Source of the DNA: Scyliorhinus canicula
Taxonomy: Eukaryota
Assembly: GCF_902713615.1 (NCBI RefSeq)
Contig: NC_052152.1
Location: 15,601,215 to 15,665,214, forward strand
Direction: 5' to 3'
DNA: 64,000 nt
In this document: positions 24,045-35,469 of the stretch, one piece after another
Layout: each line of letters opens with the position of its first letter
Position numbering within the stretch: the stretch's first letter is position 1
Translations under genes and position numbers: made by a program
The notes under the pieces: generated by a model
Seen by the model: the letters and a program-made list of their open reading frames with translations, nothing else
Databases searched by the model: none
What the model was told of the DNA's origin: nothing

Positions 24045-25360
24045 ATAAAAGAACAAAGAACAAAGAAAAGTACAGCACAGGAATAGGTCCAGTACAGCCC
24101 CTTCCCTACTTGGACTATCTATATATTGTTTTAAGAAGCCCTCCTGGATGCTCCTTACAAACTCTGCCCCATCCAAGCCCCTAGCATTAAGTGAGTACCA
24201 GTCAATATTGGGGAAGTTAAAGTCTCCCATCACAACAACCCTGTTGTTTTTACTCCTTTCCAAAATCTGTCTACCTATCTGCTCCTCTATCTCCTGCTGG
24301 CTGTTGGGTGGCCTGTAGTAAACCCCCAACATTGTGACTGCACCCTTGTTATTTCTGATCTCTACCCATATAGCCTCGCTGCCCTCTGAGGTGTCCTCCC
24401 GCAGTACAGCTGTGATATTATCCCTAACCAGTAGCACAACTCCTCCACCCCTTTTACATCCCCCTCTATCCCGCCTGAAACATCTAAATCCTGGAACATT
24501 TAGCTGGCAATCCTGTACTTCCCTCAACCAGGTCTCTGTAATGGCAACAACATCATAGTTCCAAGTACTAATCCAAGCTCTTAGGTTCATCTGCCTTACC
24601 TGTTATACTTCTTGCATTAAAACATATGCACTTCAGGCCACCAGTCCCGCTTTTTCAGCAACATCTCCCTGTCTGCTCTGCCTCAGAGCCATACTGGCCC
24701 TATTCCCTAGTTCTCCCTCAATATTTTCACCTTCTGACCTATTGCTTCGGTACCCACCCCCCTGCCATACTAGTTTAAACCCTCCCGTGTGACACTAGCA
24801 AATCTCGCGGCCAGGATATTTATGCCCCTCCAGTTTAGATGCAACCCGTCCTTCTTATACAGGTCACAACTGCCCAGGAAGAGCTCCCAGTGGTCCAGAT
24901 AACTGAAACCCTCCCTCCTGCACCAGCTGTTTAGCTACGTGTTCAGCTGCTCTATCTTCCTAGTTCTAGCCTCACTGGCACGTGGCACAGGGAGTAATCC
25001 CAAGATTACAATCCTAGAGGTCCTGTCTTTTAACTTTCTGCCTAGCTCCCTGAACTCCTGCTGCAGGACCTCATCCCCTTTCCTGCCTATGTTGTTAGTA
25101 CCAATATGTATCACGACCTCTGTCTGTTTTTAAGAACATAGAACATAGAACAGTACAGCATAGATTGCCCTCCCCTCCAGGATGACTGCTTCCCGTTCTG
25201 AGACATCCTGGACCCTGGCACCAAGGAGGCAACATACCATCCTGGAGTCTCACGTCCACAGAAGCGCCTATCTGTGCAACTGACTATAGAGTCACCTATC
25301 ACTATTGTTCTTCTGCGCTTTGACCTCCCTGCTGAACATCAGAGCCAGCCGTGGTGCCAC
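24045..25360 (-). mobile_element. CR1 LINE with internal deletion (esterase + APE joined to a 3' tail, no RT)
   Basis: VIGDSIV, VAITETWL, GVYYRPP and VMGDFNFP, then directly (TTCTTTG)n tail. Confidence 0.85.
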
Positions 25361-27568
25361 TGCATTTCCTGCAGTACCACTGTATTCACCTTTTCCAAGT
25401 ATGGGAATGTGGTAAGCAACCTTCAATTCATGAGTATCTCTGCTGGTGATTTACTATGTGACAATGGTAATGCTTTATAATGTGATCTGCGAGTTATGGA
25501 TCAGATAGGCTGTCCATTGCTTTCTGTACTGATTGTTTTACAATATGTATGTACATGTTTTTCGTTAAGAGCTTTGGGATCCATGCCTACACGAGGCATC
25601 ACCATTTTTTTGTATCACACATGCCATGGAATTTACCCCATTGGTAGGTTCTTCTACCTTCTTGATAATTTATCCGATACAAGTGGTAGGGTAGAAATAA
25701 GATTGACATGCAGATTGACATCTTCAACAATTTTACGATTAATAGTTTTGTATTGGTGCTTTTGATAATGCATCTTCTTTAAATTGTATCTCATTGGCGA
25801 ATGGTAGTGCACTAAAATCAGTGAACACATCGCTGAATATGCAGATAATTTTCTCAGAATCATTGTAGTGTTGATCCAATCCTTTGTGGATGCTATATAC
25901 CAACTGCTTTAGACCTACTTATTCACAGGCCTGATCACCTAATAATGAATCCAAGATCTTGGACACAATACAGAATGGGACGGAATAAACTGTGTCCTTC
26001 ACCACCACACTCAGGTCACAAGCACCATAACATTTAATGCTTGAACCATTATAATCTCTCAGAGATATTTTGTGACTTCTTCTAATCGGCTGAATTTTTA
26101 GATTTTTTGAATCAGCCAGGCTGATTAAATTGGCTTTGGCACCAATGTCTTACTTCAATTGGACCACTGTACCGTTCACTTCCAGTGGTAAACAGCCATT
26201 TGTCCTCATCAACCCCATTTATTGTAAATGGAGTGTCAATTTGCATTTTTTTAAGTGCTGGAGAAATTTTTAATTCTCCAAAAAATTCTTCTCTGTTATT
26301 ACTCCAACAAACAATGATGTTTCATCACTGGAGACTGTGTCTTCCACTGTGCTGACTGATCTGGGGTTGAGCTTTGAGTAACAATTCTGACCAAAATGAT
26401 TTTTTAATTGCATCTGGAACAAAACTTGCCAAACATTGAACACGGCCTTAATTTGTCCCTTTGACCACATTGTTTACGCAGAAATATTTTGTCCTGATCT
26501 TTAACCTGTTGGTGTGCGAGGAGCTTCAGGAACTTTCCTGCATTTGTTTGGAAGTTTCCCAGCTTTTTGGAAAAAGGGCGGCAACCGGAGTGCATTCCTC
26601 CAAGAAGTCACTGCCATTACTGAGAAACATTTTAGAATGCTATAATTTCTATCAAAAGTCTAGTCTTTCTTTTATTTAGTAAATTAACTTAAAAGTTGCT
26701 ATTTGGGTTAGGAGAAGGTGAGTTTTATATCAGTTTTAACAGAGTTTACTCAGGCTCTATGTGCAGCTGCAACTTGCTAATTAGTTAATTAGATATCTGG
26801 ATTAAGCCAGTTTTCAGAGGTCAGGGTCAGACAGTATAAAAGTGAACCATCTTACAGTGCTGACTTCGTTTGCTGACTTTGGGCTGCATTAGAGTGCTAA
26901 AGTGGGAGTTCAGTGACTGAGCGAGTACGGTGATGAGGGAGCAAGGTGCTCTTTTCATTTCCTACATTTCCTCAAAGAGCATGAGGGGAGCTGGGAGTTT
27001 ACAAAGAGTGTAGCTGACTGAGAGCAGAGTCGGAGAATGGAGTTCCAGCTGGTTCACAGGGTGGAATCTCAGCTACGTTCTGTAAGGTAAGAGTTTTTTT
27101 TAGGTGCAGCAAGCTATATTTGTTTCATTCAGCAGAATCACCGATTTTAGAAGGTTCACTTGGGAGAGTAGAAGCTGTATTTTTTTTATCGTTAATTTAA
27201 AATTGTTTAATTTAAATTGTTAATTTTATTTTCCCTTTTAAATCTCTTTGGGAATTCAGATCAGAGGGAATGGAGGTTAAGGCAGTTGCATGCTCCTCCT
27301 GTAGGATGTGGGAGGTAAGGGACACCATGGGCGCGATTCTCCGATGTTGCGCCGCATCGAGGTAGCCGTCGTGAACTCTATCGAGTTCAACGACGGAGTC
27401 AAATGGCCCTGATCGCAACCTATTCTGGCCCCTGGAATGGGCTAGCATCGGGGCCGCGCGGAACACGGGGGCGTGACGTAGAATGCGCGTCATCAGCGCG
27501 CGCCGCCCGAATGATGTCGCTCCGCATCCTAAAAGGGCGCGATCCACGCAGAGAAAGGAGGGAGGGAA

Positions 27569-30522
27569 ATGACGGAGCCACGGAGGGCCGCCCCGAGGTT
27601 CTGTGATATGGACCTGGAGACCCTCCTCGATGAGGTGGAGCAGTGCAGGGCATCCCCTGCCCAAGGCGAGGGCATTGCCACCCTTCCATCGCAGTGTGAC
27701 GGGCCTGGCGTGAGGTGGGCACGGCAGTCAGTGCTGTGGGGCAGACCCCTCGGTCCGGGGAGCAGTGTCGAAAGAAGCTCCAAGAACCTCACCAGGGCTG
27801 CCAGGGTGAGTGCCACGAGGGTGCCCCCCGGGTCACAACCATCCCCCCCCCCCCCCCCCCCCCCCCCCCATGTCCCTCATACATCCCCCCCTCCCTTGTG
27901 GGCACGAGGGGGAGGGGGGGCGAGTGAGTGGAGGGTGGTTAACAAAATTGTCACAGACCCACATGAGCGCTGAAACCCCCTGGAGAGATGCCATGGTGTG
28001 GCTGCAACTTTCCCCCCACCCTGCATTAATGTAGCCTATATCTGAACGCCCTGATGATACCCGCCTAATTGTGATGCTCTATCTATGCCCCCCCCAACAG
28101 GACAAGACTGCTCACAACAGCCAGGAGCGCAACAGAACCGGAGGGGCTTCACTCGTTATGCACCCCCTGACAGTGTTTGAGCAGAGGGCACTGGACCTTG
28201 TTGGGGGATCTGCCACCTGGGAGGTCGCGCAATGCGAGGTTGGAGGTGCAGAACCAAGTGAGACAACCCTGCATGACAACCCCCCGCCCCAGCCCATCCT
28301 CTGTCCCCTCACACTCTGCCCACTGGACCCCCCATCCTCTGTCCCCTCACACTCTGCCCACTGGACCCCTCATCCTCTGTCCCCTGCCCACTGGACCCCC
28401 CCCTCCTCTGTCCCCTCACACTCTACCCACTGGACCCCCCATCCTCTGTCCCCTCACACTCTTCCCATTGGACCCCCCATCCTCTGTCCCCTCACATTCT
28501 ACCCACTGGACCCCCCATCCTCTGTCCCCTCACACTCTACCCACTGGACCCCTCATCCTCTGTCCCCTCACACTCTGCCCACTGGACCCCCCCTCCTCTG
28601 TCCCCTCACACTCTACCCACTGGACCCCCCATCCTCTGTCCCCTCACACTCTTCCCACTGGACCCCCCATCCACTGTCCCCTCACACTCTGCCCACTGGA
28701 CCACCCATCCTCTGTCCCCTGCCCACTGGACCCCCCCATCCTCTGTCCCCTCACACTCTACCCACTGGACCCCCCATCCTCTGTCCCCTCACACTCTGCC
28801 CACTGGACCACCCATCCTCTCTCCCCTCACACTCTGCCTACTGGACCATCCTACGCATGGCCGAGCGTGTCTAACTAACCCCGTATCAATCTGTTCCCCA
28901 GGGCCAGCTGACGAACGTCCAGGGCCGTCTGGTGCCACACACAGGTGACCATCCGCGACGACCACCGCACCCAGGGTCGCACGCCAGAGGGTGGCAGGAG
29001 GTCGGCCAGGAGGGCCATCCCCCAAATCCGGGACTCTCGAGCAGGACGTACAGAAGACGGACAGTGACGACTTTCATGGCTGTGCGTTGCCCGAAGGTCG
29101 GGCCGTGAGACAGGACAGGGTCAGTGGACCCAGACGCACAGAGGACGGCGACGCAGTCAACGGACTCACCTGACGCTGAACCGTACATGGGCCACGAGAG
29201 CCCTGCGCTGGGACAGGACTGGGACCAGGACACTCCTGAATTTCTGACGGACGAGGACCTAGAGCTTGCGGCACTGCTGTCTCCCACACCATCCACCATC
29301 CCAGAGACACTCACCTCGGTTGGGCAATTAAGTGATGAGGCTCCTGGGTCACGGTCAGGTGTGCACCACACAGCTGAGCCAGTACAGCAGGTGGAGGTCG
29401 GAGCAGCCGAGGGGCTGGACGGTCGGAGGGCAGCCCAGGCCCAGCATCCAGCTGCCGCCCAGACGTTTCCCGGGTTCCTGGATTTACTCGACCCACCTGG
29501 ACAGCCGATGCATTTTGAAACCCAGGGACACAATGACGGGATGAGGGCCATCTTCCAGCAGCTGAAGACGCAGTTAGAGGAGTCAAACCGCGTCGAGGAG
29601 CAGGGAGTGGTGCCGCTCATGGCAGTCACCCAGGCCGACACCACACGGGTGGTGTCCGCAGTCGAGGCAACGAGTGAAACGGTATCGGCCATGGGTCAGG
29701 TTCTGCAAGGCGTTGGGCTTCATGTGCACGCGTCATCCATGGCCCAGGAGAGGGCTGCCCTCTCACAGGCAGCAATGCGCAGAGCCAACATGACATTGCC
29801 GCCGCGCTCCGGGCCCTGGCCAAGTCTCAAAAGCCATGGTACAGTCCCAGCAGGCCCTGGCCGAGTCTCACCAGGTCATGGCTCAGTCGCAGCACGCCAT
29901 GGCACAGTCCCAGCAGGCCATGGCACAGTCCCATCAGGCCGTGGCACAGTCCCAACAGTCAGTCACGGAGAGCATCGACTGCCTGACACACGTGCTGGAT
30001 GGCATCGAGCACTCACAGGTTGAGGTTGCACAGTCCCTAGTGGGAATGTCTCACTCCCTGGACTCCGTCTCAGCGAATGTTCGGATCCTGGTCGATATCG
30101 TTGCCGGCCTCCAGGACTGGCAGCGGCAGGTGTCAGTGGGGCGACGGGGCACCTCCCCGCTCACACCTCCATCCCACAGTGAGGCCCGGGGGCCACCGGG
30201 CTCCCCGAGGGAGGAGGAGGTTCTGGGGCCCGCCCATTAACTCCATCACGGGACGTCCCTGAACACTCGGCCTCCCCCCCGTCCCATCTCTGTTGCATCG
30301 GGTGGGCAGCGGGCAGAGCAGGGTGGCACAACGTCACCCGAGACGCCCGCGGAGCAGCCTGGCCCATCAAGGCCGGGTCGCCCCAGGAAACAAGTGCCCA
30401 CGGGGAGACATGTCGCGGGGCGTGATTCTCAGCAGTCCGCCTCCACTCCTGCTGTACCACCTGGGGATTCACTTAGACGTAGTGGTAGGGCCCGTAATGC
30501 AATGAGGAGGGACACAGAGTAA
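27569..30522 (+). pseudogene. Harbinger Myb/SANT-like (NAIF1/MSANTD-type) DNA-binding gene, 3 exons (27569-27805, 28101-28257, 28902-30522), disrupted
   Basis: RRAAPRF.D.DLETLLDEVE, AVSAVGQTPRSGEQCRKK, K.AHN.QER.RTGG, LTVFEQRAL; GT-AG introns with CTAAC/CTAAT branch sites; ATTAAA at 30587-30592; frameshifts and stops. Confidence 0.8.
28290..28850. repeat. 38 bp C-rich minisatellite, ~15 units, inside intron 2 of the Myb gene
   Basis: Unit CCCCCCATCCTCTGTCCCCTCACACTCTGCCCACTGGA; two shortened units. Confidence 0.92.
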
Positions 30523-31643
30523 GTTGGCACGAGTGAAGGGCACAGTTTAGTTGTAGGGGCTAGGGTATCTGTACATAATATTCACCATTAAACTCACTGT
30601 TGCACCTAACTTGTAAGACAGTGTGATTTTTCCGTTGCCACGGGGATTGTGATGGTGACCGAGTGTCGCTGGGGGTTGACGAGCGATTTTAGGTGCCTCG
30701 GGCGATTCTCCGGGTTTTGCCGTGTGGAACACGACGGAACCGATTTTGCCATTTGGGTGAATCACAGGAGCGCATCGGACCGGCATAGTGTGAAAAACTG
30801 GCGCGGCCCGCTATTCTCCCAACCGGCGTGACATTGGAGAATCGCGCCCCACTAGTATCCCCACTGACTACACCTGCGGGAAGTGCACCCAACTCCAGCT
30901 CCTGGAGCTTCTGGGGGAGGTGGGACCTGTATATGAAGGACGGCTTGCATCTAAACTGGAGGGGCACCAATATCCTGGACGGGGGGTTTGCTAGAGCTCT
31001 TCGGAAGGGTTTAAACTAGTTTGGCAGGGGGATGGCAACCAGAGCTACGGCTCAGAGTATCGGGTAGCTGTTGAACAGGCAGAAATAGTATGCAGTGAGT
31101 CTGTGAGGAAGGATAGACAGTTGATAGGGCAAAGTTGCACTCAGTGGAATGGGTTAAGTGTGTCTGTTTCAATGCAAGGAGTGTCAGGAATCAGGGAGAT
31201 GAACTTAGAGCATGGATCAGTACTTGGAACTACGATGCGGTGGCCAGTTCAGAGACATGGATTTTACAGGGGCATGAATGGTTGTTAGATGTCCCAGGAT
31301 TTAGATGTTTTCAGAAGAATTGGGAGGGTTATAAAAGAGGAGGGGGAGTGGTACTGTTAATTAGAGAGTACATTACAGCTGCAGAAAAGGAGGTAGTCGA
31401 GGAGGGTTTGTCTCCTGGGGAAGAGGATGTACCCATCTCCTCGTCCTCGATGAAATCCAACAGTCTGTCAACTTCGGACCCTTGAATTGGGGGGTGGGGT
31501 GGGGTGGGGGGGGGGGGGCGAGTGGGCAGGTCTTCATGCAGCTATCTTCTTAGCTGGAATGAGCTGGAATAGAAGTGAATGTGCTATTTTTGTTTTCTGT
31601 TCTTATACTTGTAATGAAAAGACAGTTTTTTATGACGGGTAGG

Positions 31644-34589
31644 TGTAATGAGACTATGCCCCTTTATTTATTGGAAATATGATTTTTCAACTTTGAACTG
31701 ACTGGACATTTTGCGATTTGAACTGAGACGGCAACCTGCTTAAAAATGCAAGACCATATTCCAAGGTGAAGGTGAGAAATAGACAAATCGCCCTCAGGAG
31801 GATATGCAGAGAGAGACATTTCCTATAATCCAGAAACCCATTGAAAGTTGTAACTGAGACATTCAAAATACAAAGTTCTGGATAGTAAAACAATGGCTGC
31901 CACAGACAGACATAGCCAAAACATCTCAGAGATAAGGCAAGGCTACCCATCCTCATGAGAGATTACACAGGCGGTGTCAGAAACGCCTTCAGCAGGGGCA
32001 CTGAGAACAGCACCTCTGCCATTCTCGCCGGTCCGGTACTGCACAAGCCTGCTGGTGGTGGCGGCCCTGAGAGTCAGGGAGCAGTGGAGGAAATATAGGA
32101 GAGCGGATTGAGCATCGGTCTGGGCCCCAATTTACAATAACTATCGGTTTGTACCGGGAAGGCTGGATGGAGGGTGTTGGAGGGAAGAAAAACCTCAAAG
32201 TCTGTTCTCGACCGCGTGGTGTTGGTAAAATTTTGTTTAATTCGGAAAGACTGTGTGCACACAGGAGAGATAGATTCTGTGGCTATCCTGTAGCTCACAA
32301 AAGTCAACTCTGCCTGTCCTCAGAATTACATGCATATATATTTAAAGTTCTTCGGAGTCACAAGCAGGTATTGACATCACTGAATCATTCGGAACAATAC
32401 AAAGTGATCAGTATGCATATTTTCCGGTCCCTGTAATGGGAAAACGATTAAAGAAAACAATGTTTCCTTACAATCTCATGGGTTTGTGCTCAACATATTT
32501 AACTTCTAGAAGAGATGCGAATGTGTTGGACAATGGATCCCTTAGACTTACTGGGACCTCCTGTGTTTCTCTTTTAATATTCAAATGCCCTGTGAGATGA
32601 TTAAATCATTTCCAATGTGGGTGACTTTAACTCCTTGCTTGCTGGTTTTTCCTTGGTATATGTTTAACCTCTTGACTGCTGGTTTGCCCTTGACCTGTGC
32701 TATTACAATACTTTGAGAAATCTTTATTATACCAATCCTGACACATATAGCAATTTCTTGTGCAAACAGAGGGTTTCGGAGATGGCAGAGAGCAGAGATC
32801 AAGAGGATGGGAGATTTATTTATAGATGGGAGCTTCCCCTGTTTGAAGGACTTGGAGGAGAAATTTGAACTGCCAGCAGGGAATGAGTTTAGGTGTCTGC
32901 AAGTACGTGATTTTTTTGAGCAAGCAGGTTCCGACCTTTCCGCTCCTGCCACTATGGAGGATACAGGACAGGGTAGTTTCCAGAATGGTGTGGGAGAGGG
33001 GAAGATATTGGATATCTATAAAGAGCTTATGGAGTCAGAGGAAACTCAAATAGAGGAGCTAAAAAGCAAGTGGGAAGATGAGCTAGGGGGAGAGATAGAG
33101 GTGGGTTTGTGGGCAGATGCCTTAGGCAGAGTTAACACATCCTCATCCTGTGCCAGGCTCAGACTGATACAATTTCGGGTAGTCCACCGGGCACACATGA
33201 CGGTGGCCTGGATGAGCAAGTTTTTTCGGATGAGGACTGAGGTGCGTGGGAGGGCCAGCAAATCATGTCCACATGTTTTGGGCATGCCCGAAGCTTAGAG
33301 GATTTTGGCAAGGTTTCGCTGATGTCATGTCCATGGTACTTAATACAAGAGTGGCACCGAGTCCCGAGATGGCGATCTTTGGAGTGTCGGAAGAGCTGGG
33401 AGTTCAGGGGGCAAGAGAGGCTGACGTTTTGGCCTTTGCCTCCCTGGTAGCCTGGAGACGGATTCTGTTAATGTGGAGGGACTCGAAGCCCCCAAAATCA
33501 AAGACCTGGGTTAGCGACATGGCTGGGTTTCTCAGTCTTGAGAAAATAAAGTTCGCCCTAAGAGGGTCAATGTTAGGGTTCATCCGGAGGTGGCAGCCGT
33601 TTGTCGACATTTTCGGGGGAAAATTAGATGTCAGCAGAGGCAGAAATCTGGTGGGGGGGGGGGGTTTAGGCTTTTTTTCTTTGTTGGGGGTGTGAGGAAC
33701 GTGTCAGGGATGGAAATGTTTTAGATACTATGCTTATGTTATTATTATTATGAAAACTATAAATACACTAATAAAATGTTTTTTAAAAAAAAAGTCTTCA
33801 GCAGAGGAAACCGATAAAGAGCTACTCTCTCTCCCTCTCTCTTATAGAATATGTCGCCCAGTTTGAGAAGCCAACTCTATCATACACCAACCAGCGAACT
33901 GAGATCTTATAATAATTGTAAAACTTCTGTGCCTGACCACATCCAAGAAATCAACGAACCTCAGTCAGCTTCAGTATTTAAAATCTACGCTTCAAGAACA
34001 AAGGTCACTTAATTGCATATTCTTTTACCTTTTTATTTTGTGGACTCTAGCTCCTTCTGTGACCTGTGTGTGTGTGTGGGGCGCATGCCCAAGTGTGTGT
34101 GGTGCATGCCCAAGTGTGTGTGGTGCATGCCCGTGTGTGTGGTGTATGACCGTGTGTGTGTGGTGCATGACCGTGTGTGTGTATGCACGTGTGTGGGGAC
34201 CCAAATGAATGCATGAGGGCCAAATGCTGGACATTGTGTTTTTATTTTTCTCAGGTCTATGGTGAATATATTTGCTTTTTCTTTGACTCAAGAAAATTTT
34301 GGCTCCTATTACTCACAGCCTAAATAGTTAAATACATTCTGATTTTTGGTTGTGTGAAGAACGTTATACATAGATACATACATAGAAATGTTGACCAAGA
34401 CTCTGGGAGATCTCCCTGTATTAAAAATAAGGGGTCGGCCATTTAAAATGGAGATGAGGCAAAATTATTCCACTCAGAGCATCGTGAGTCTTGCCCTCGT
34501 GAAAAAAGAAACTTTAACTTTTGCTGTGACCAAACAAGAAGTTTGAATATCAAAGAATCAGTTCATCCCTCCTCAGCTGGTCATTGACA
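31644..34589 (+). mobile_element. Probable solo LTR with internal insertions
   Basis: TGTAATGA...TCATTGACA imperfect termini; LTR-like CT and GT tracts; no TSD found. Confidence 0.35.
32770..33793 (+). mobile_element. L1-clade LINE 3' fragment with poly(A)
   Basis: MGDLFIDG..LEEKFELP, LIQFRVVHRAHMT, HVHMFWACPKL; AATAAA and A tail. Confidence 0.92.
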
Positions 34590-35062
34590 GTGTTTATTGG
34601 CTCATTTCCCTGAGATTACTTCAGTGTCTTGATTGCTGTGATGAACTCAACTTTGTTTTCGGTAACATATTCGCATTGATAACTGTTTACTCCGGAAAGT
34701 CATGGAATATGGGCATGCAGTTAACAACTAGTTCTAGTACTAGAGTACTTTCCAAGGGTCAAAGGGGATAGCCGGTGAGAAGGCACGACAAATCAAGAAA
34801 CCCTTGGCATTCTGAAAGAAGGGAGATGATGTAAAGTAGTTATCAGGACAGATTTTCAAAGAACCGGGGTAAAGACTGAAAGATCAGTCTTTTATACGGA
34901 AATGAATCTCATACAACAAACCACTTTGAGGTTTAGTGACAGTTGTATCGGCAAACATAGCAGCCACTTTATATTAGCGACATTCCACAAATAAAAGTGA
35001 GCGGTTAATTTGTTTTTGGTTGCGTAAAGAATGTTGTCCAAGACACTGGGAAATCTCCTTAC

Positions 35063-35327
35063 TTTAAAAATAAAGGGTCTGCCAGTTAAAATGGATATGA
35101 GGCAAAGATGTTTCACTCAGAGGGTGAGGAGTCTTTGGAACTCTCTTCCTGAAATGGTTGTGGAGGCAGAGTCTTTGAATATTTTTAAGACAGAGGTGGA
35201 TAGATTCTTTGTAAGCAAGGGGGTAATAGTAGGCGGGTTATAAATTTGACGTTACTATCAGTTCAGCCATGATTTTATTAAATGCTGGAGCAGGCTCGAG
35301 GGGCTGAGTGGCTTCCTCCTTCGTATG
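35063..35327 (+). mobile_element. CR1 3' fragment inserted in an old SINE-like repeat (~34930-35360)
   Basis: FTQRVRSLWNSLPEMVVEAES and a CR1 tail; the flanks join across the insert. Confidence 0.7.
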
Positions 35328-35469
35328 TACTCCCTTTCAAATAGTGCAATGGGATCTTTAGTCCAATAACCAAACGGCTAAAATCAGAAAGCCATTGAAC
35401 TCATCAGTTTGGAATACTTTGCAGTATTCTTTACATCTCCATGGCAAACACAAGAAAGACACAAAGATT

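Larger units (their letters stand above)
18716..26640 (-). mobile_element. Gypsy LTR retrotransposon 2 (3' LTR 18716-23453 split by a CR1 and a SINE; PPT 23454-23468; degenerate integrase/gag to ~26640)
   Basis: LTR termini TGTAATG...CACTACA; purine tract AAAGGAAAGAGAA on the minus strand; integrase tail LPPL..VRI..PRSYNVQTEEG..LRR; gag knuckle C.MFGKFCSRC..KNHFGQNC. Confidence 0.75.
27329..30849 (+). mobile_element. Non-autonomous PIF/Harbinger-type DNA transposon (3521 bp)
   Basis: Perfect 14 bp TIR GGGCGCGATTCTCC / GGAGAATCGCGCCC (23/26 when extended); 3 bp flanks CAT / CAC; host CR1 is contiguous across it; carries a Myb/SANT gene. Confidence 0.9.
26690..31410 (+). mobile_element. CR1 LINE 5' part (5'UTR, ORF1 start, APE start) split by the Harbinger element
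   Basis: MEVKAVACSSCRMWEV at 27270 resumes as ..DYTCGKCTQLQLL at 30853; DGLHLN; CFNARS..ETW. Confidence 0.85.

Noticed and set aside
28071-28878. 267 aa and 233 aa Pro-rich ORFs, or a CRISPR-like array
   Set aside because: Read-through of a spacer-less 38 bp minisatellite inside an intron; eukaryotic context, no cas genes.
30649-30720. ECRWGLTSDFRCL as a HARBI1-like transposase remnant (..FGxLKxRFRCL)
   Set aside because: Only FRCL matches and there is no flanking DDE homology visible; too short to support without a profile search.
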